The notes beneath the pieces are model-generated. The model saw only the letters and a program-made list of their open reading frames with translations, did not search any database and was not told the DNA's origin. Position numbers and translations under genes: made by a program. A DNA stretch of 64,000 nt from Botryllus schlosseri (lineage: Eukaryota): contig CM119371.1 in assembly GCA_051294905.1 (NCBI GenBank), forward strand, positions 19,160,001 to 19,224,000. The letters run 5' to 3'. Below are positions 13,049-26,256 of the stretch, in pieces (the first letter of the stretch is position 1; each line of letters starts with the position of its first letter).

Positions 13049-13874
13049 ATGATGAAGTGCAAATCGTTGATTACTAATGTGTTGATGAATAGGCTAGTAA
13101 TATTTTGTGTTACAGAAGACTGGATTAAAAAATCATCGTTAATATTTTCAATTGAGAGATGCATTTGATGTCAACAAAATTGAAACCCACATTTCCTACA
13201 TAAAGAAAACTGTGCTAGTATCTGCATACATGTTGCGATCATACCCAAAGAAGTCGTATGAAGTGTAGAGGCTTAGCCAGACAGGACCCCTATAGCCGAA
13301 AGCATAGCGGTTTGAGCGTATAACCGAAAAGGCGAAAACGTATGTGATACAGACGTGCGTGCGTGCGAAGAAGCGTTCTCTCGTTTTTTTGCGAATCTGG
13401 CCGAAAGTGTACGGGCGCGTATCGAGTTGAAATATTTTGAACTTTATACGCTATCGGCGCTGCCGGCTGGTCGTTTATGTGCTTCAGTTGTATTTGGCTA
13501 GCGGGGCGCTGTTTTGCCGAGTGTTTTGAATCGCAGGGAGAAGAGATGCGGTGGCAGTGGCGTTGTTGTTTGGAGTAGCAGTACTAGTTTACATCAATTG
13601 TAGTTGAGTATAGTGCCAGCCTATCTTAGGAATATTGTTTACCGCACAGTATATTTGATGAGGACAGTATGAGATGGTAGGCAATCACGAAACCAGGTAT
13701 GTCGCTATATTGAGGAGGGTTGGTTCGATTTACTTGGAATAAGGTCAGTCTCATGTTTGAAATGAGGATGTCAGTCTCATGTTTCAAATAAGGTCAGTCG
13801 CTATACTCACTATAAGGTCAGTTGCAGTACCAACATATTGTTGCAGTACCAGGCACGATTTCCCAGCGGTAACC

Positions 13875-14386
13875 CAGTCCGAACACATTCAAGACATGAT
13901 CCGAACACGCCCCAGACACGATGTCTGAGTTACAACATAGTCCGAACACACCTCAGACACCATGTGCGAATGGCAGAACAGTCCGAACACACCTCAGACA
14001 CAATGTCAGAATGGCAGTATATGCCGAACACACTTCAGACATGATGTCTGAACACGCCCCACTGTGACAACACAGTTCGAACACACCTCAGATATGATGT
14101 CCGAACACACCTCAGACATGATGTCCGAACACGCCCCAGACACCATATGTCCGAGTGCCAACACAGTCCGAACACACCCAAGACACATGTTTGAATGCCA
14201 ACACCTCAGACATGATGTTCGAACATGCCCCTAGTGTCAACACAGTCCCAACACACCTCAGACACCATGTACGAATGGCAGCACAATCCGAACACACCTC
14301 AGACACCCTGTCTGAATGGCAGCATAGGCCGAACACACTTCAGACACGATGTGAGAATGTCAGCATAGACCGAACACACCTCAGAC
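13875..14386. repeat. Minisatellite, composite ~22/40-bp unit (GTCCGAACACACCTCAGACACCATGT…)
   Basis: More than 12 copies of CCGAACAC(A/G)C…CAGACA. The array resumes at 15463-15540, and isolated copies lie at ~16000-16075. Confidence 0.9.
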
Positions 14387-15462
14387 CAGGGGTGGGCAAA
14401 CTTTTGAGCTCGTGGGCCGCATTCAACATCTGAATCCATTCGCGGGCCGCACTATATAAAATTGAGATTATAAACCAAAACGTGATATTGATATTTGATT
14501 ATATAGCGAGGCCATGGAGATGATATATGGGCTTATTTAAAACAAGCCAAACATTACTTCGATGATATCGTACGCGCTGCAGAAACATATAGTGGCAAGA
14601 TTTCATAGGCTGGCGGACCTCAATAACCAATTTGTCAAAACTATAGAGATGAAAGTCGGTTTGCCCGATTCTTAGAACCGGACTGAAATTTAAATCTTTG
14701 ACAGCGATCTGTACACATATTTATTAATACCACTTTTGGTTCAGTTCCAGGACACACCATGCTGACAACATCATAACCATGTTAGCCTCAAACACGCTTC
14801 TACTATGTGTAGATAAAATATAAATACGCCAATTCTAAGCATACAGACAACGAATCTACTCAAGACACGCCCCAATCGTTTTTATAGGCGCAACACTGAA
14901 AAAATAAAAAATGAAGTGGACAATCTGAAATCCCACTCGTGATCCAAATTATGTCAATCTCGCTGAAGCTATCCTGCTGTGATATTAAGTATATACCTTA
15001 AATCAGTGGTTCTCATACACGCACCCACCCCTATGATGGTGAAATATTTCGCGCCCCCTTATTGTCATATTACAAAACGCAACCAGGATGCTAGCAAACG
15101 CAACGGGTATAGTTTCATGGTATGGAAGGTTACGACTGGGAATGAGAGATTTTTAAATATTTAATTTAGACTAAATACGGAGCAACAACTTTGAATTGGA
15201 TGTAAATCGTGCGAATCGCAAAAATTTTTCAGTCAATCTCAGCTTTGCGCCCTCCTTTCTTATGCTTTCACGCCCCTAAGGGGGATGTGCCCACCAGTTT
15301 GAGAACCACTGATGTCTTAGAATTATCATGGTGAAATATACTCAGAAAAAGTCAAACAAGTCCCTGCATTAATTCGATTTTTAGTACGCATTTTATCAAT
15401 ATTTGAAAAAAGTTTCTCCAGACTCTCGAGGGCCGCCGCGGGCTGTAGTTTGTCCACCCCTG
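14387..15462. mobile_element. hAT-type MITE inserted in the minisatellite; contains a nested MITE at 15004-15311
   Basis: TIR CAGGGGTGG(G/A)CAAACT. TSD CCTCAGAC/CCTTAGAC. The inner element CAGTGGTTCTCA…TGAGAACCACTG belongs to the same family as 27587-29209. Confidence 0.85.
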
Positions 15463-16107
15463 CCTTAGACATATGTCCGAACACGCGCCAGACACGATGT
15501 CCAAGTGTCAACACAGGCCGAACACACCTCAGACATAATGTCAGTCAACATGTTTTGATCGCAACAATATTTTGATCGGCGCCCGCGAAACGCTGACGGT
15601 CCGATACACACGAATAAAGCGGAAAGCCGAAAACCTGCCGAAAGCTGAAAACCGCTGCGCTTCGGGAAACCGCTACGCTTTCGGCTATAGGCGTCCTGTC
15701 TGGCTAGGCCTTAAGCGTAATTACTTTATTCGTCAACAACCTATATTTGTGAAGAGCCTTTCTCGACAGTGTTGATTTTCAAGACACGGCCACGTATATC
15801 AAGAAATGCAGCAACAGAATTCGCTTTCAAATATCCTCAATTTCTACGTAAATAATACGTTATTTTCAAGAATGGTCATTTTTCGCTGTTCATCAGCAGC
15901 CTACAGTTAATATTTAAACAAGACGGATAACGGTTGAGGTAAACGAAAAGCTAAACGATTGAGTTAACGACAATTGAGCTAAATTTGAACTAGGGTCAAC
16001 ACATTCCGAACACACCTCAGACACCATGTCCGAATGGCAGCACAGTCCGAGCACACCTCAAACACCATGTCAGAATTTTGCGCCTAAAAGATGGAAAATT
16101 ACGGTAA

Positions 16108-16437
16108 TTGGAATTTGATAAAATTTTTGCTGAATTACGATTTTATTTACAGCATATTGTTATGGAGACCGGACAAGCACAACATAAAATAATGGTTGTT
16201 TATTACCATAGTTTCACGATCAACAACCAACCAGTGCTCAAAGTGAGAACAATAACTGTGTCGCTCGCTACTTTGGTCAAGGATTATCTGGGTCTAACAG
16301 CAACATCAACCCCGTCAGAAAGAACAATTTCAATTGCATGTAATTATTTTAAGGCAAAAAGAAACTTATTGCAGGGCCAGAAACTTTTCGCACCCCAACT
16401 TTCATTAAATGCAATTGAACAGTTTTTGAACAAGTGA
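16108..16437 (+). pseudogene. hAT transposase C-terminal dimerization domain remnant
   Basis: LVKDYLGLTATSTPSERTISIA…KRNLL matches the hATC pattern A..YL.IPATS.PSER.FS.A….R..L. Confidence 0.7.
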
Positions 16438-17517
16438 AAATTTAAAAAGCGTAACAAAATTTTTGTGATATGTAGTTATCAGGAGCCTTTTGCCCTTTGC
16501 ATGTATAATAATTTTACACACCTTATCACTGACACCTGACGATTACCAATCACATTTCAGCTTGGTGTGTTTATTTGATTACATTTCATCGCTCCTCTTG
16601 TAGCCTATTCGTTGTTAGTCGTTGCTAGTCGCTTGAATTTTTTTTGTGTTTTGTATTTTCCAGTACTCATGATTAGGGATAGTTCGAACACGTTGGAGTT
16701 CTTTTAATTAAAGGGTATTCTATGTATCATCAATTGAACTGGAATAGCATACGGTTGTTACCTACGGTTGTCAAAGAGCACCTCTCTACCGGAGTTGGAT
16801 TTATGATTAATCAATTACAGTTAACAATAATTGTAATTTTATATTTTGAGAATGGAATGGCATGTAATTGAACTGAATTCAAGTAATTGATCCAACTCTG
16901 CTACCAATCACAACGTACAACCGAAGCACCATGCTACCGCCTAAAAACGAATTCATCCGCATATATTTAGGAAAGATTCGAATTGAAAAAAAAGATTGAT
17001 AACATGGAAGATTTTATTTACCAGAAGCCTACCTAAAAAAACGGAATATTTTGATCTAAAAAACTAAAACTTTGATATTTATTTCCTCGAAAACTTAATT
17101 TTGACAAAATTATGCCCCTAAACTGACAGTTTTTACATTTAAAAACTTTATTTAAACGAAACCTGGACCTATGAAGAGATCCAGTAGTTACATCAGGCAT
17201 TATGGTAGAAATAATAAAAATTTGTTGTAGTACAACGAAAGATACTTTCCTGCATCCTTGAATAGAAAGTTTCTGCCTTACTAAATAGCTTGTCAAGAAT
17301 GGAGAAAGAACAACAGCTGTTGGCTGGCAACACTGAAGTTGTGCATACACTGCTGGTGACACACAGTGTTGCTTCAATCTGAGTTCTGACAATGTTATGT
17401 TGTCTACACCAGTGGTTCTCAACCTTTTTCACCCCGCGGACCGGTGAACTTTCATAATTGAAATGAAGCCAAAATGTAGAGTATGCAACCGTTTTTTACA
17501 ATTATATGATGCTAGAG

Positions 17518-18378
17518 CAGTGATTCCCAACCTTTTTATCGTAATTCCCCACTTCCGATTTATTCCGAGCCTTCATTCCCCACCTAAAATCTCTATATCC
17601 AATTATCCATATCTACCCTTTAAAGTGCTACCTCCAATAATATTTTGCTAGACTATGCTTAGTAAATAGTACGTGCTATTGGTGATTGTTAAGATCCCCG
17701 GAATTGATCAACACGCAATAAAATTAACGCAGCGCTGAACTAGTAACCGAAAACGCACCTCCGTAGATTTATGTATCTACCCCGGCGCGCAGCCAACAGA
17801 AATATAGGAGGGGTTTGAAAATTGTCCAACTGTTGCGGGATAGCATCAATTTACATACGTAAGTGCCGAATATTACACGGGTCAGACAAACTTCCTGATG
17901 TTGACGAACTCATGCGTGCGATATATATATATATAAGCCACCGTAAACTACACTTTCGCACAATACTAAAATAACTTGAAATAACATAAATATGTAATTT
18001 CATTTGTATGTGCTATCAATTAGCGATTCCACGATCTCCCATGAATGCATGTTCTTCAAGATGAGCTCTTATTACAACGAATCAGAATTTTTCTATCACT
18101 ACGTTTCGTGACCGATGATGGTGTACAAATGAATAAATACATTTCTGGAGAGTAGGCCTATACGTGTCGCTATCCAGGTGATTCTCGCTAATTGGAGGCA
18201 CTGATAATGTAAATCGCTGAATTGCAAATGGCTACGAAATATTCGGCCGGCATTTCAAAACGACATTTAATAAAGGAGAATATTACTGTAAAGATTTTTT
18301 CAAAAGTGATTCCATTCCCCACCAGAAATCCCGAAATTCCCCACCAGTGGGGAATTCCCCACCGTTTGGGAACCACTG
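17518..18378. mobile_element. hAT-type MITE nested in 17410-22127
   Basis: TIR CAGTG(A/G)TTCCCAA with ATTCCCCAC subterminal repeats. Perfect TSD TGCTAGAG. Confidence 0.9.
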
Positions 18379-19357
18379 TGCTAGAGAGTGACATTTTATG
18401 GTAGTGAGTCTGCTGAGTCGAGGTAGAATTGCCTTGTCCAGATATTCGTGATACCGCCGAGAGTCGTTTACAGTCTCTCACGCCGAAGGCTGTGGGTGTA
18501 ACCGACCACACCAACTCGAATAATATTCGTCCTTTTGACAATATCGAGAGAAGAAGGGGTTTCGGGGTCGAATCAAGCACATTGTCGTGCTACCTTGCTC
18601 ATTGCCCACTACTACCAAATGCAGGCTACTGTGGCAGCTACGAATACAATGCGTACCGCAAGAAAACACCTTACAGCAGCTATCCAGGTCATGCGCAAAT
18701 CCGAGCCGAAAAAGCACTTCGTCAGCCGATAAGCAAAACTTCCAAGGGGGCTTCGCCCCAGACCCTGCAGTTGGGTGAAGGTTTTCACCTGTACTAGTGA
18801 CTAGTGAGCACATTCATTCTACTTAGTGTGAGCATAGAGTTTATGTAGCTTAATCGCGCCAATAGCAAAAATTTTTGATCATTCATGACTCATTGGTTTT
18901 CTCGCTGCCGAAATTTTGGCACGACTTTCGGCAGGGTTGTAACCAAGTCACAAGACTTCGAGTCACAAGTCAATCTCACTTTTATAGTTTTGACTCGAAT
19001 CAAATCTAGTCATTTTCCAATCACCACCGAGTCAAGTCCGAGTCCAAGTCAGCAAGCAGAGGGTCAAGTCCGAGTCATGGTATTATGATTCGAGTCCGAG
19101 ACCAGGTCATATTGTTGACTGTTTAGTTTCCAGTTAAAGTCTTGTTAAGCCCAATTTTCAGAACTCTGTTTGATAATATCGAATGGTTCGCAATAATAAT
19201 ATCCTAATTTTCCTCACTTTCAGCAGTTTTTGGTCGCAATTTTAGGTACGAGTACTAATAGACGAGATCCCAATATTGTGGTTGTTTTAACCCTATTCGA
19301 ACGGCCGGCCTCAAGTCCAAATTTCAATGGATTTAAAGAAATGTTCATAAAATCTGA

Positions 19358-19438
19358 ACCACGGGATCTGAACCGACACCCAATATATCGCTGTAATAGT
19401 GAAACAGCCGCCTAACCAACTGAGCTACTCTGAAAGCG
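19358..19438 (-). mobile_element. tRNA-like head (SINE fragment or tRNA pseudogene)
   Basis: The minus strand has TAGCTCAGTTGG (A box) and GGTTCAGATCCC (B-box-like). No convincing cloverleaf or acceptor stem. Confidence 0.55.
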
Positions 19439-20194
19439 AGAGAGAAACAGGTGATGCCCCTATACCAAGATGTGTTCTCAACTTTTTGAAAATAAAAGAG
19501 AATTTGATTTTTGAATTTGTGACTACGTCATACATAGACGTACTCGGGATAGACTCATCGCCTGACTGATTTCAAAGCAATATCAGGATTCTAAAATGAC
19601 CTGAGTGAGATTCTTACGATAATACAATCGAGTGTAACGACCGCTGATATACCGATGGCTACAGTTGGCTATAGCGCGATTGATACCAGGCGTCTCGCAT
19701 TCACCGCACATACACGCGCCGCGTGTTATCGTAGTATTGACGAAGTTCAATCATTCATTCCACAGTGCCGCTGTATGTAATCACTTTGAACGAGTTACTA
19801 AGTACTAGATAGTGCTTTGTCGAAACACTCCTTGCTCTTGTACAACAACTAGAACTAAATATATATTGGTTGGTTTGACAGGTAGTCATACCTGCAATAT
19901 AAGATACAGTGTTTCACTGATATTTTACTAGACATTTGAAAAACATTAGGTCATATTATGCAAGCCTTTCATCGACAATTGTGATGTAGACAATCGCTTT
20001 GAGACAAGAGTTGTCTATTGAACCAATAGGCATCCTGATAACCCAGCTATCATGACGTGCACATCGCAGCAATCAGTTTTGAAGTGCAAAACTCGACTGC
20101 CGAATCTACATACCTATATTTTTCGGTAATTTGACAATGGCCATTGGACATTCAACCATATTTTGGTTTTTTTCTCTACCATCGGCCAGATCTG

Positions 20195-21075
20195 AAACAT
20201 TTTCACCAGAAGTAAAGCCATTTATGGACATAAATTTGCTGTCATATCGATTGTGCGTTGGAGATCTTGTAGCTCGCTGAACACTATCATGTTGGTAATG
20301 CTGTATTAGTATGAAAAGCAGCAATCGATATGCGTAATCTGCAACAGCAAATCTGCGCTAATCACAACAGCAAATATAATGCCGCGTGTTATTGTTGGGT
20401 AATAACATAGTATCGCGGATGTCCAATAGTGAGACTGTCGTCTGGTATATCAGGTAGCACATCGGCATATGCGGCAATGATATGTCGAGTCGCATGATAT
20501 AATATATGAAATAATGCATCAAACGTGTAATACAACAGCGAATCGAAATAATAACAAACCAGCACATCTAGCACCAACACATGGAAAAACACGGGTACAA
20601 TGATGGCTTCGTATGAAACCACTATAGCATTGGCGACCGAAGTTATTGCAAAGATATTCCTTGCCCACACCTCAATGAAAATAGGTCAACTGCAGAGTTA
20701 CGCCGAATTTTCTTGCCTCTCGTGAATAATGGACGAATAAAATACATTGAATCAAAAAAGTGCATTGATTAGAATTTAGATGGAGGTTGAATTTGATGCC
20801 ATTGGATCTGCTGGTCGTTGTGGACGGAAATCTCGAGCAGACACGAAAATACATTTCAATACCAGAATTGCGATCCGAGCTTTGATGTGACGGTGCGTTT
20901 CGTTTCATTCGCTACTATACGAAAGATTTTCACCAGAAGTGCAGCTATTTAGGAACATAAATTTGCTGTCATATCAATAGCAGAGATCTTGTAGCTCGCT
21001 GAACAAAATCATGGCAGTATTGGTGTATTAGTATGAAAAGCAGAAATAATCAATATGCGTAATCTTCAACAGCAA
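20195..21075. repeat. ~150-bp direct repeat pair (20195-20350 and 20925-21075)
   Basis: Both contain TTTTCACCAGAAGT…CATAAATTTGCTGTCATATC…GAGATCTTGTAGCTCGCTGAACA…TATGCGTAATCT.CAACAGCAA. Confidence 0.8.
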
Positions 21076-23806
21076 CAAAAATATATTGCTAAAACCCGCG
21101 CATGTTATTTCGTAAAATATTTTTAATTTCAGTTCGAAGAATCTTCCCTGCGACTAATGTTTGATTATTATTATGTCACAGGCGCTGGTTTATCTCACGC
21201 GTGCACAACTGCACATTCACGCGAGCGTCGTGGCAAATTGTAGTTTGCGCAAAACGTATTTTTGTATTCAATCTGCATTTTGAACAGGTTATTCGATAGT
21301 ATAATAGGTTATTTAATTGTAATTGTCTACGACCAGAACAAAGCAGGAAATTTGGGATTAAGTAAAGCGTGTTCGTGAAAATACGCTCAGGGCTCATTAA
21401 CGAGTCTGCCGGATATAAAGGGGTAATATTGTTCGAGATTACAATGAAATGTCGGTCCTGGCCGTCTGAGTCTCGAGTCATATGACTTGGTTCGAATCAC
21501 GCACATTGACTCGAGTCCAAGTCGAGTCAATACACAGATTGACTCGAGTCGAGTCGTTTCCGTATTTTATGAAAATGACTCGAATCAAGTCGAGTCAGCC
21601 GAATATCGTGACTCGAGTCGAGTCATGACTCGAGTCATTAAAACCCGGCCTTTCGGAGTCCCATGTTAGCGTGAACCTCACTATGTGTTGGTACGTCGTG
21701 GCGCGCCAACGGTTAACGCCGAAATGCTTATTTCTAAAAATCATGCGTATTTCTCGGAGAAGGGAACCTAATATGCAAGACATCCAGTGACACTAAATCG
21801 CGCTAAGCGCGAAAAGAAATTGAAAATGTTCTAAGAAGTTTAAAAAAATTACGCTATGATTTATATTCATTTGCAAAATAATATTGGGCCCTTTTCAAGC
21901 TCGGCCCTCCTCCAATTGGGCGGTTTGGAGTGCCCCAGTTATGGCCCTGCACAAAATGAATGAATTTAAAACGAATAATCGCGCAAACTGCACTGTTCAG
22001 CTATGGGCTCGTATCTGTTCTGTGCTTATCGCCTTCAACATTGCATCTTGAAATTAAGGTATAAAATTGTAATATACCTGGCGGACCGGTAGGAATGTCG
22101 TCGCGGACCGGCGGTTGAGAACCACTGGTCTACACCACAATTTTTTATAATGCGCTTCTCGATTTAAGAACAATTGCCCAATGCCAATGAAGTCTTGCTT
22201 CAGGATATTGCGGTACATCGAGTAAAGCACCATGTCATTTGACCGTTCATTATTCACAATGAGCAGACAATGGCCCGTTTACAACGGTAGACCTATAAAG
22301 TTGACTACAAGATGTAAAACGTCAAATGATAAGTTCACCGACAGTGCTAACATTCACGATACAAACAAAATGCAGGTTGCAGAAAATTTTTGACCTTGGT
22401 AACAATTTTTTGACGCTACAATTTCGACAAAATTCGTCATATTGATAACCACCTCACTTCAAGTTTACCGAAAATAAAACTAGATCTATTGCTTTTATAC
22501 GCTCATCGTAACTTTACTACAGTAACCGAGTCGAAATTTGAGCAATTTAAGGAATTAGGCAAATTACCTGCAAATAAATCCGGCATCATAGAGAAATTCT
22601 GAGCCGGAATCGGATTCAACAATCAAAAATTAGCCTACACCAGTGGTTCTTAACCATTACCAACTTGCGGATCATTTACGCTAATCTGCAGTTACGATAC
22701 TATTAATTTTATCTGCGACCAACGATGGCGAAGATGAGCATATCATCACAAATCCTTTGCATGAGTTGAGTATGTATCTTGACCGCCAGAAAAACTGGCT
22801 CAGAAAGCCTTTTGTGTTGTGTTGAATTACATGGCTTTAATGAACAATATGTACAGTACATCTAAAGAGAAATTTTATTGGATACTGCAGCTATTTTGAA
22901 ATACCAACAACTGTTCATGTAGATTATGCATCGCCCTTGAAGTTCGAAGATTTTAAATGATTTTTGTCGACAATAAACTTGCAAATGGTGCAAGAAGGCG
23001 ATTGCTATTTACCGTACCGTAAGTACGAGCCCATTCTAGCAATTGCAAATTCATAGGCAAAGAGATATTCACTCTGTGCAATGGACTCTCGCTAATCTAC
23101 AACACGGAATAAGCGTCAAAAATGAGATAGATTCATTGCACCTCAACACATTCAATTATTACTGATCGAGCATATCATGAGAGCATGGATCATATTTTCC
23201 GACACCGTGACACACTATAATGGGATAGTTAGCCTACTTCCTTTTATACAAGAGAGAAAGCATAAGGAAAAAGTAAGCATCAGACTGAGAAATTTAGTTG
23301 TCTTCCCTGGGTACGAGCAAGAATTTAATTAGTCACTTTGTGTCAAAGATAACCATGACCAAGACATGCCCGAAAGAAACGAAAATCATGAAACACAACT
23401 CAATTTTTCCAAGCTGTTTAAAATGGATATAAGCTCCAACGAGTCGATTTTAGTCTTGAATTCCCAAAAGTCACCAGTAGCCTATCGAATTATGCCATCT
23501 ATCGATTCTATCGTCCTACAGTTCGATGAACTGCAAACAAAACATAAATATTGTTTCCAGGAATAGCCTACCTTGATAATCCAATGAAATTTCGTGAAAA
23601 ATCACAATCATTTTAAAACATGTCTGCTAACAACTCATTTCTTAAGCTTTAATCACTTGTACTTCCTTGATAATGAGACTACCCATTATCCAAAGCTCCT
23701 CACGATTGACTGACAGATTGACACCCATGCTTGAGAAACCTGACACACTGTATCCTAGAACTAAAAGATTTAGCAAAAAAACTGACAGCAATACTTTCTT
23801 GAGCAG

Positions 23807-24425
23807 TAGGGCTGTTCAAAAATAACCTTTTTTCCTTAATCTTGCGGGTTACTTGATTAAATCGTTAGGTTGCCTTAAAAAATGACGCACACCAAATTTG
23901 AATTCATTCCAACCAATATTCGCGGATTTCGTAGAGTTTGAAAATTTTGAATTTGCCTAAAAATGCAAAAAAATTTTTTTTTTCAATTTTCCTTCCAACC
24001 TTATGAAATTGTTGCACTGTCTTCAAAAATGATGCAAAACAAATTTGACTCAATTCCAAGCTGCAGAAGCCGAGTTATTCAAGTTTTTTGATGATAATTC
24101 TGGGATGATCCACCAATCAAGGATAATCCCAGAATTATCAAAGAAAAACTGAAATAACTCCACTTCTACGGCTTCGAATTGAGTCAAATTTGTTTTGCAT
24201 CGTTTTTGAAGACAGCGCAACAATTTCATGGGGTTGGCAGAAAAATTTGAAAAAAAATTTTTTTTGCATTTATAGGCAAATTTAAAATTTTCAAACTCTA
24301 CGAAATCCGCGAATATTGGTTGGAATGAATTCAAATTTGGTGTGCGTCATTTTTTAAGACAACCTAACGATTTAATCAAGTAACCCGCAAGATTCAGGAA
24401 AAAAGGTTATTTTTGAACAGCCCTA
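23807..24425. mobile_element. Near-perfect foldback (fully palindromic) MITE, 619 bp
   Basis: The ~300-bp arms (TAGGGCTGTTCAAAAATAACC…) are reverse complements with few mismatches. Perfect 8-bp TSD TTGAGCAG. Confidence 0.95.
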
Positions 24426-25796
24426 TTGAGCAGTTATCACAGCCTACATTTCCTACTTCAACTGCCTTCTTGGGCAGCCAGCTCCTCGGACGTCCATTTT
24501 CTACTTGCAATTGAGTAGACACCCGAAGTATAATTGTATATTCAAACGTATAACATCACAAATTAGGTTATCATTCGTGCCGCAGAATGCATGTTAGGAA
24601 TCAGTTCTTTACCCCGCCATGCTCATCATAGTTTCCAATTCTGAGGTATGTCGTCAGAGAGTTACAGTGCCATGCTGTACTTACAGTCGATGCCTCTTGT
24701 ATAATGTTTGAGTCACTGACGTGCTAATCTAGGGATTCCATACCCACTTTTCCAGGAAATCGAAAATGTCCTCCGAGGACTCTTAAATGTCCTCGTTCTT
24801 TGAATTTATCCACCTTTATAGCTTTGCAAGCGTAATAAGATCGACATCACAGCCGCTCGATTAGGAAAACCGGGCACATCAAGGCAAAAAGGCGTCGAAC
24901 GGCGCATCATACAACCAAGTACGCGCACATATTTCATCAACTGGTCAACATTCAATTAATAAACCAGTTTGTGTCCAAAACTATTCCGACGATATGTTTA
25001 CTGCTTTGTTCAGGGGCAGAGCCACTTTCCACTTAACAGCATTGTGATCGATGTTCATTAAACTGAACAATCCGGTCCTATGACGACAGAAAAAACATCT
25101 GTATGACCTTAAGATTTCCAACTAGTTGCCGTTGCGTAGTTGTTGTGTGTCTTGCTATAAAACACCGTTTCCTGTTACATTTGCTACGTTAATTGTATCA
25201 TTTGTGTCTAATATTGACATTACTGTTTTACGCTACCGTTGCTATACGCTGCATTGTTGCTATGTGCTGGCTCCACTGATGTTATTTATAAATTTGGTAT
25301 TATTGCGTCATAATTCTTCATTTTGGTTTGAATTCCACTCTATTTTATTTCCTTTATCGTGCCGGTAGCTCTTGATGAGCGTCGCGCGAAAAGTTCTTCC
25401 GAGTTAACGTTTATTATGAACCTACTTTTGAAAGCAGTAATAATAATAGCGCACAAATATTAATTCACTCCACAAATGTATCGCAATGTTACGTTTATCT
25501 GAATTATCCCATGCCAGAGAAAATGAAATACATGCACGATTTCCATCCACACGATAATTGTCATCAGCACTTGTGTGTACCAACCCACAGGATGAAAGGC
25601 ATTGACCTAAAAATCACAACAGCCTAAAGCAAAATTTGCAATATTCTGTTCGGTAATAATTGTGAATACAGTCCGACTGTAGCTACAGTAAATTGCACTA
25701 CGGATTTCACTGTATGTGGATTTGTTGAATAATTTTGGCCAAACATCAGTTACCGTAATTTTCCGAATAAAGTACACCCCCATGTAAGCCTATAAT

Positions 25797-26256
25797 TATG
25801 GCTGGGCACAATGATTCGAGTACTCGATTTTTTCGAGGACTGAAATTTTATGGTATTCGCAGCTGAAAGTTATTTTATCGACGGGAGTTATGGTTTCGAT
25901 ACCAATTCCCACTGTGGAAGCCTTGAAACCTTGATTGGCTGCATTGCAGCATACGAAACATAGTACAAAGCTACGAACGTTACTGGAAATAACACATTTC
26001 CGAAGTCTTGATCCTCCTGCAACATTGTCACAAAGTGAAATGAAATAGGTAGGGTCGAATTGATACCAAAGTAGGCTATGTTTAATGTGATGAATAACAG
26101 GCATTATATTCTTTTTGGTGGCATAGAGGTACATATTTGAACCTTGACAACTTATATGCTGCTATTACATCATAATAAGTGATACTCAACTCTACTCGAA
26201 GCATAATTCGTGATTCAGAATCGAATCACTCAGGTACTCGATTTTGCCCAGCCCTA
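25797..26256. mobile_element. hAT-type MITE (TAGGGCTGGGCA TIR, CGAGTACTCG motifs)
   Basis: Perfect TSD CCTATAAT. It is inserted into the CCGTA element starting at 25753. Second copy at 60354-60863. Confidence 0.85.

Larger units (their letters stand above)
13269..15711. mobile_element. PIF/Harbinger-like non-autonomous element carrying a minisatellite
   Basis: ~45-bp TIR AGGC(T/C)TAGCCAGACAGGAC(C/G)CCTATAGCCGAAAGC(A/G)TAGCGGTTT at both ends. 3-bp flanks TAG/TAA. Confidence 0.7.
18932..21648. mobile_element. hAT-type element with GAGTC/GACTC subterminal arrays, nested in 17410-22127
   Basis: Ends CAGGGTTGTAA…TTAAAACCCGG. TSD ACTTTCGG/CCTTTCGG. An inverted fragment of the same left arm lies at ~61060-61215. 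Confidence 0.75.
17410..22127. mobile_element. hAT-type element expanded by nested insertions
   Basis: TIR CAGTGGTTCTCAACC…GGTTGAGAACCACTG with GCGGACCGG subterminal motifs. Perfect TSD GTCTACAC. Confidence 0.9.

Noticed and set aside
13875..14386. CRISPR-like look of a recurring ~17-bp motif with intervening sequence
   Set aside because: The intervening sequences are themselves repeated and related, there are no cas genes, and the context is eukaryotic. It is a minisatellite.
19358..19438. Functional tRNA gene
   Set aside because: A and B boxes are present, but no consistent stems or anticodon arm could be folded, and it lies within a transposon.
20358..20908. Hydrophobic short ORFs suggesting a captured membrane-protein fragment
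   Set aside because: No recognisable motif, the frames overlap inconsistently, and there is no convincing splice structure.
23500..24700. Candidate upstream exons of the ZF gene (minus-strand donor-like sites)
   Set aside because: No coding frame or domain could be assembled with confidence without transcript data.
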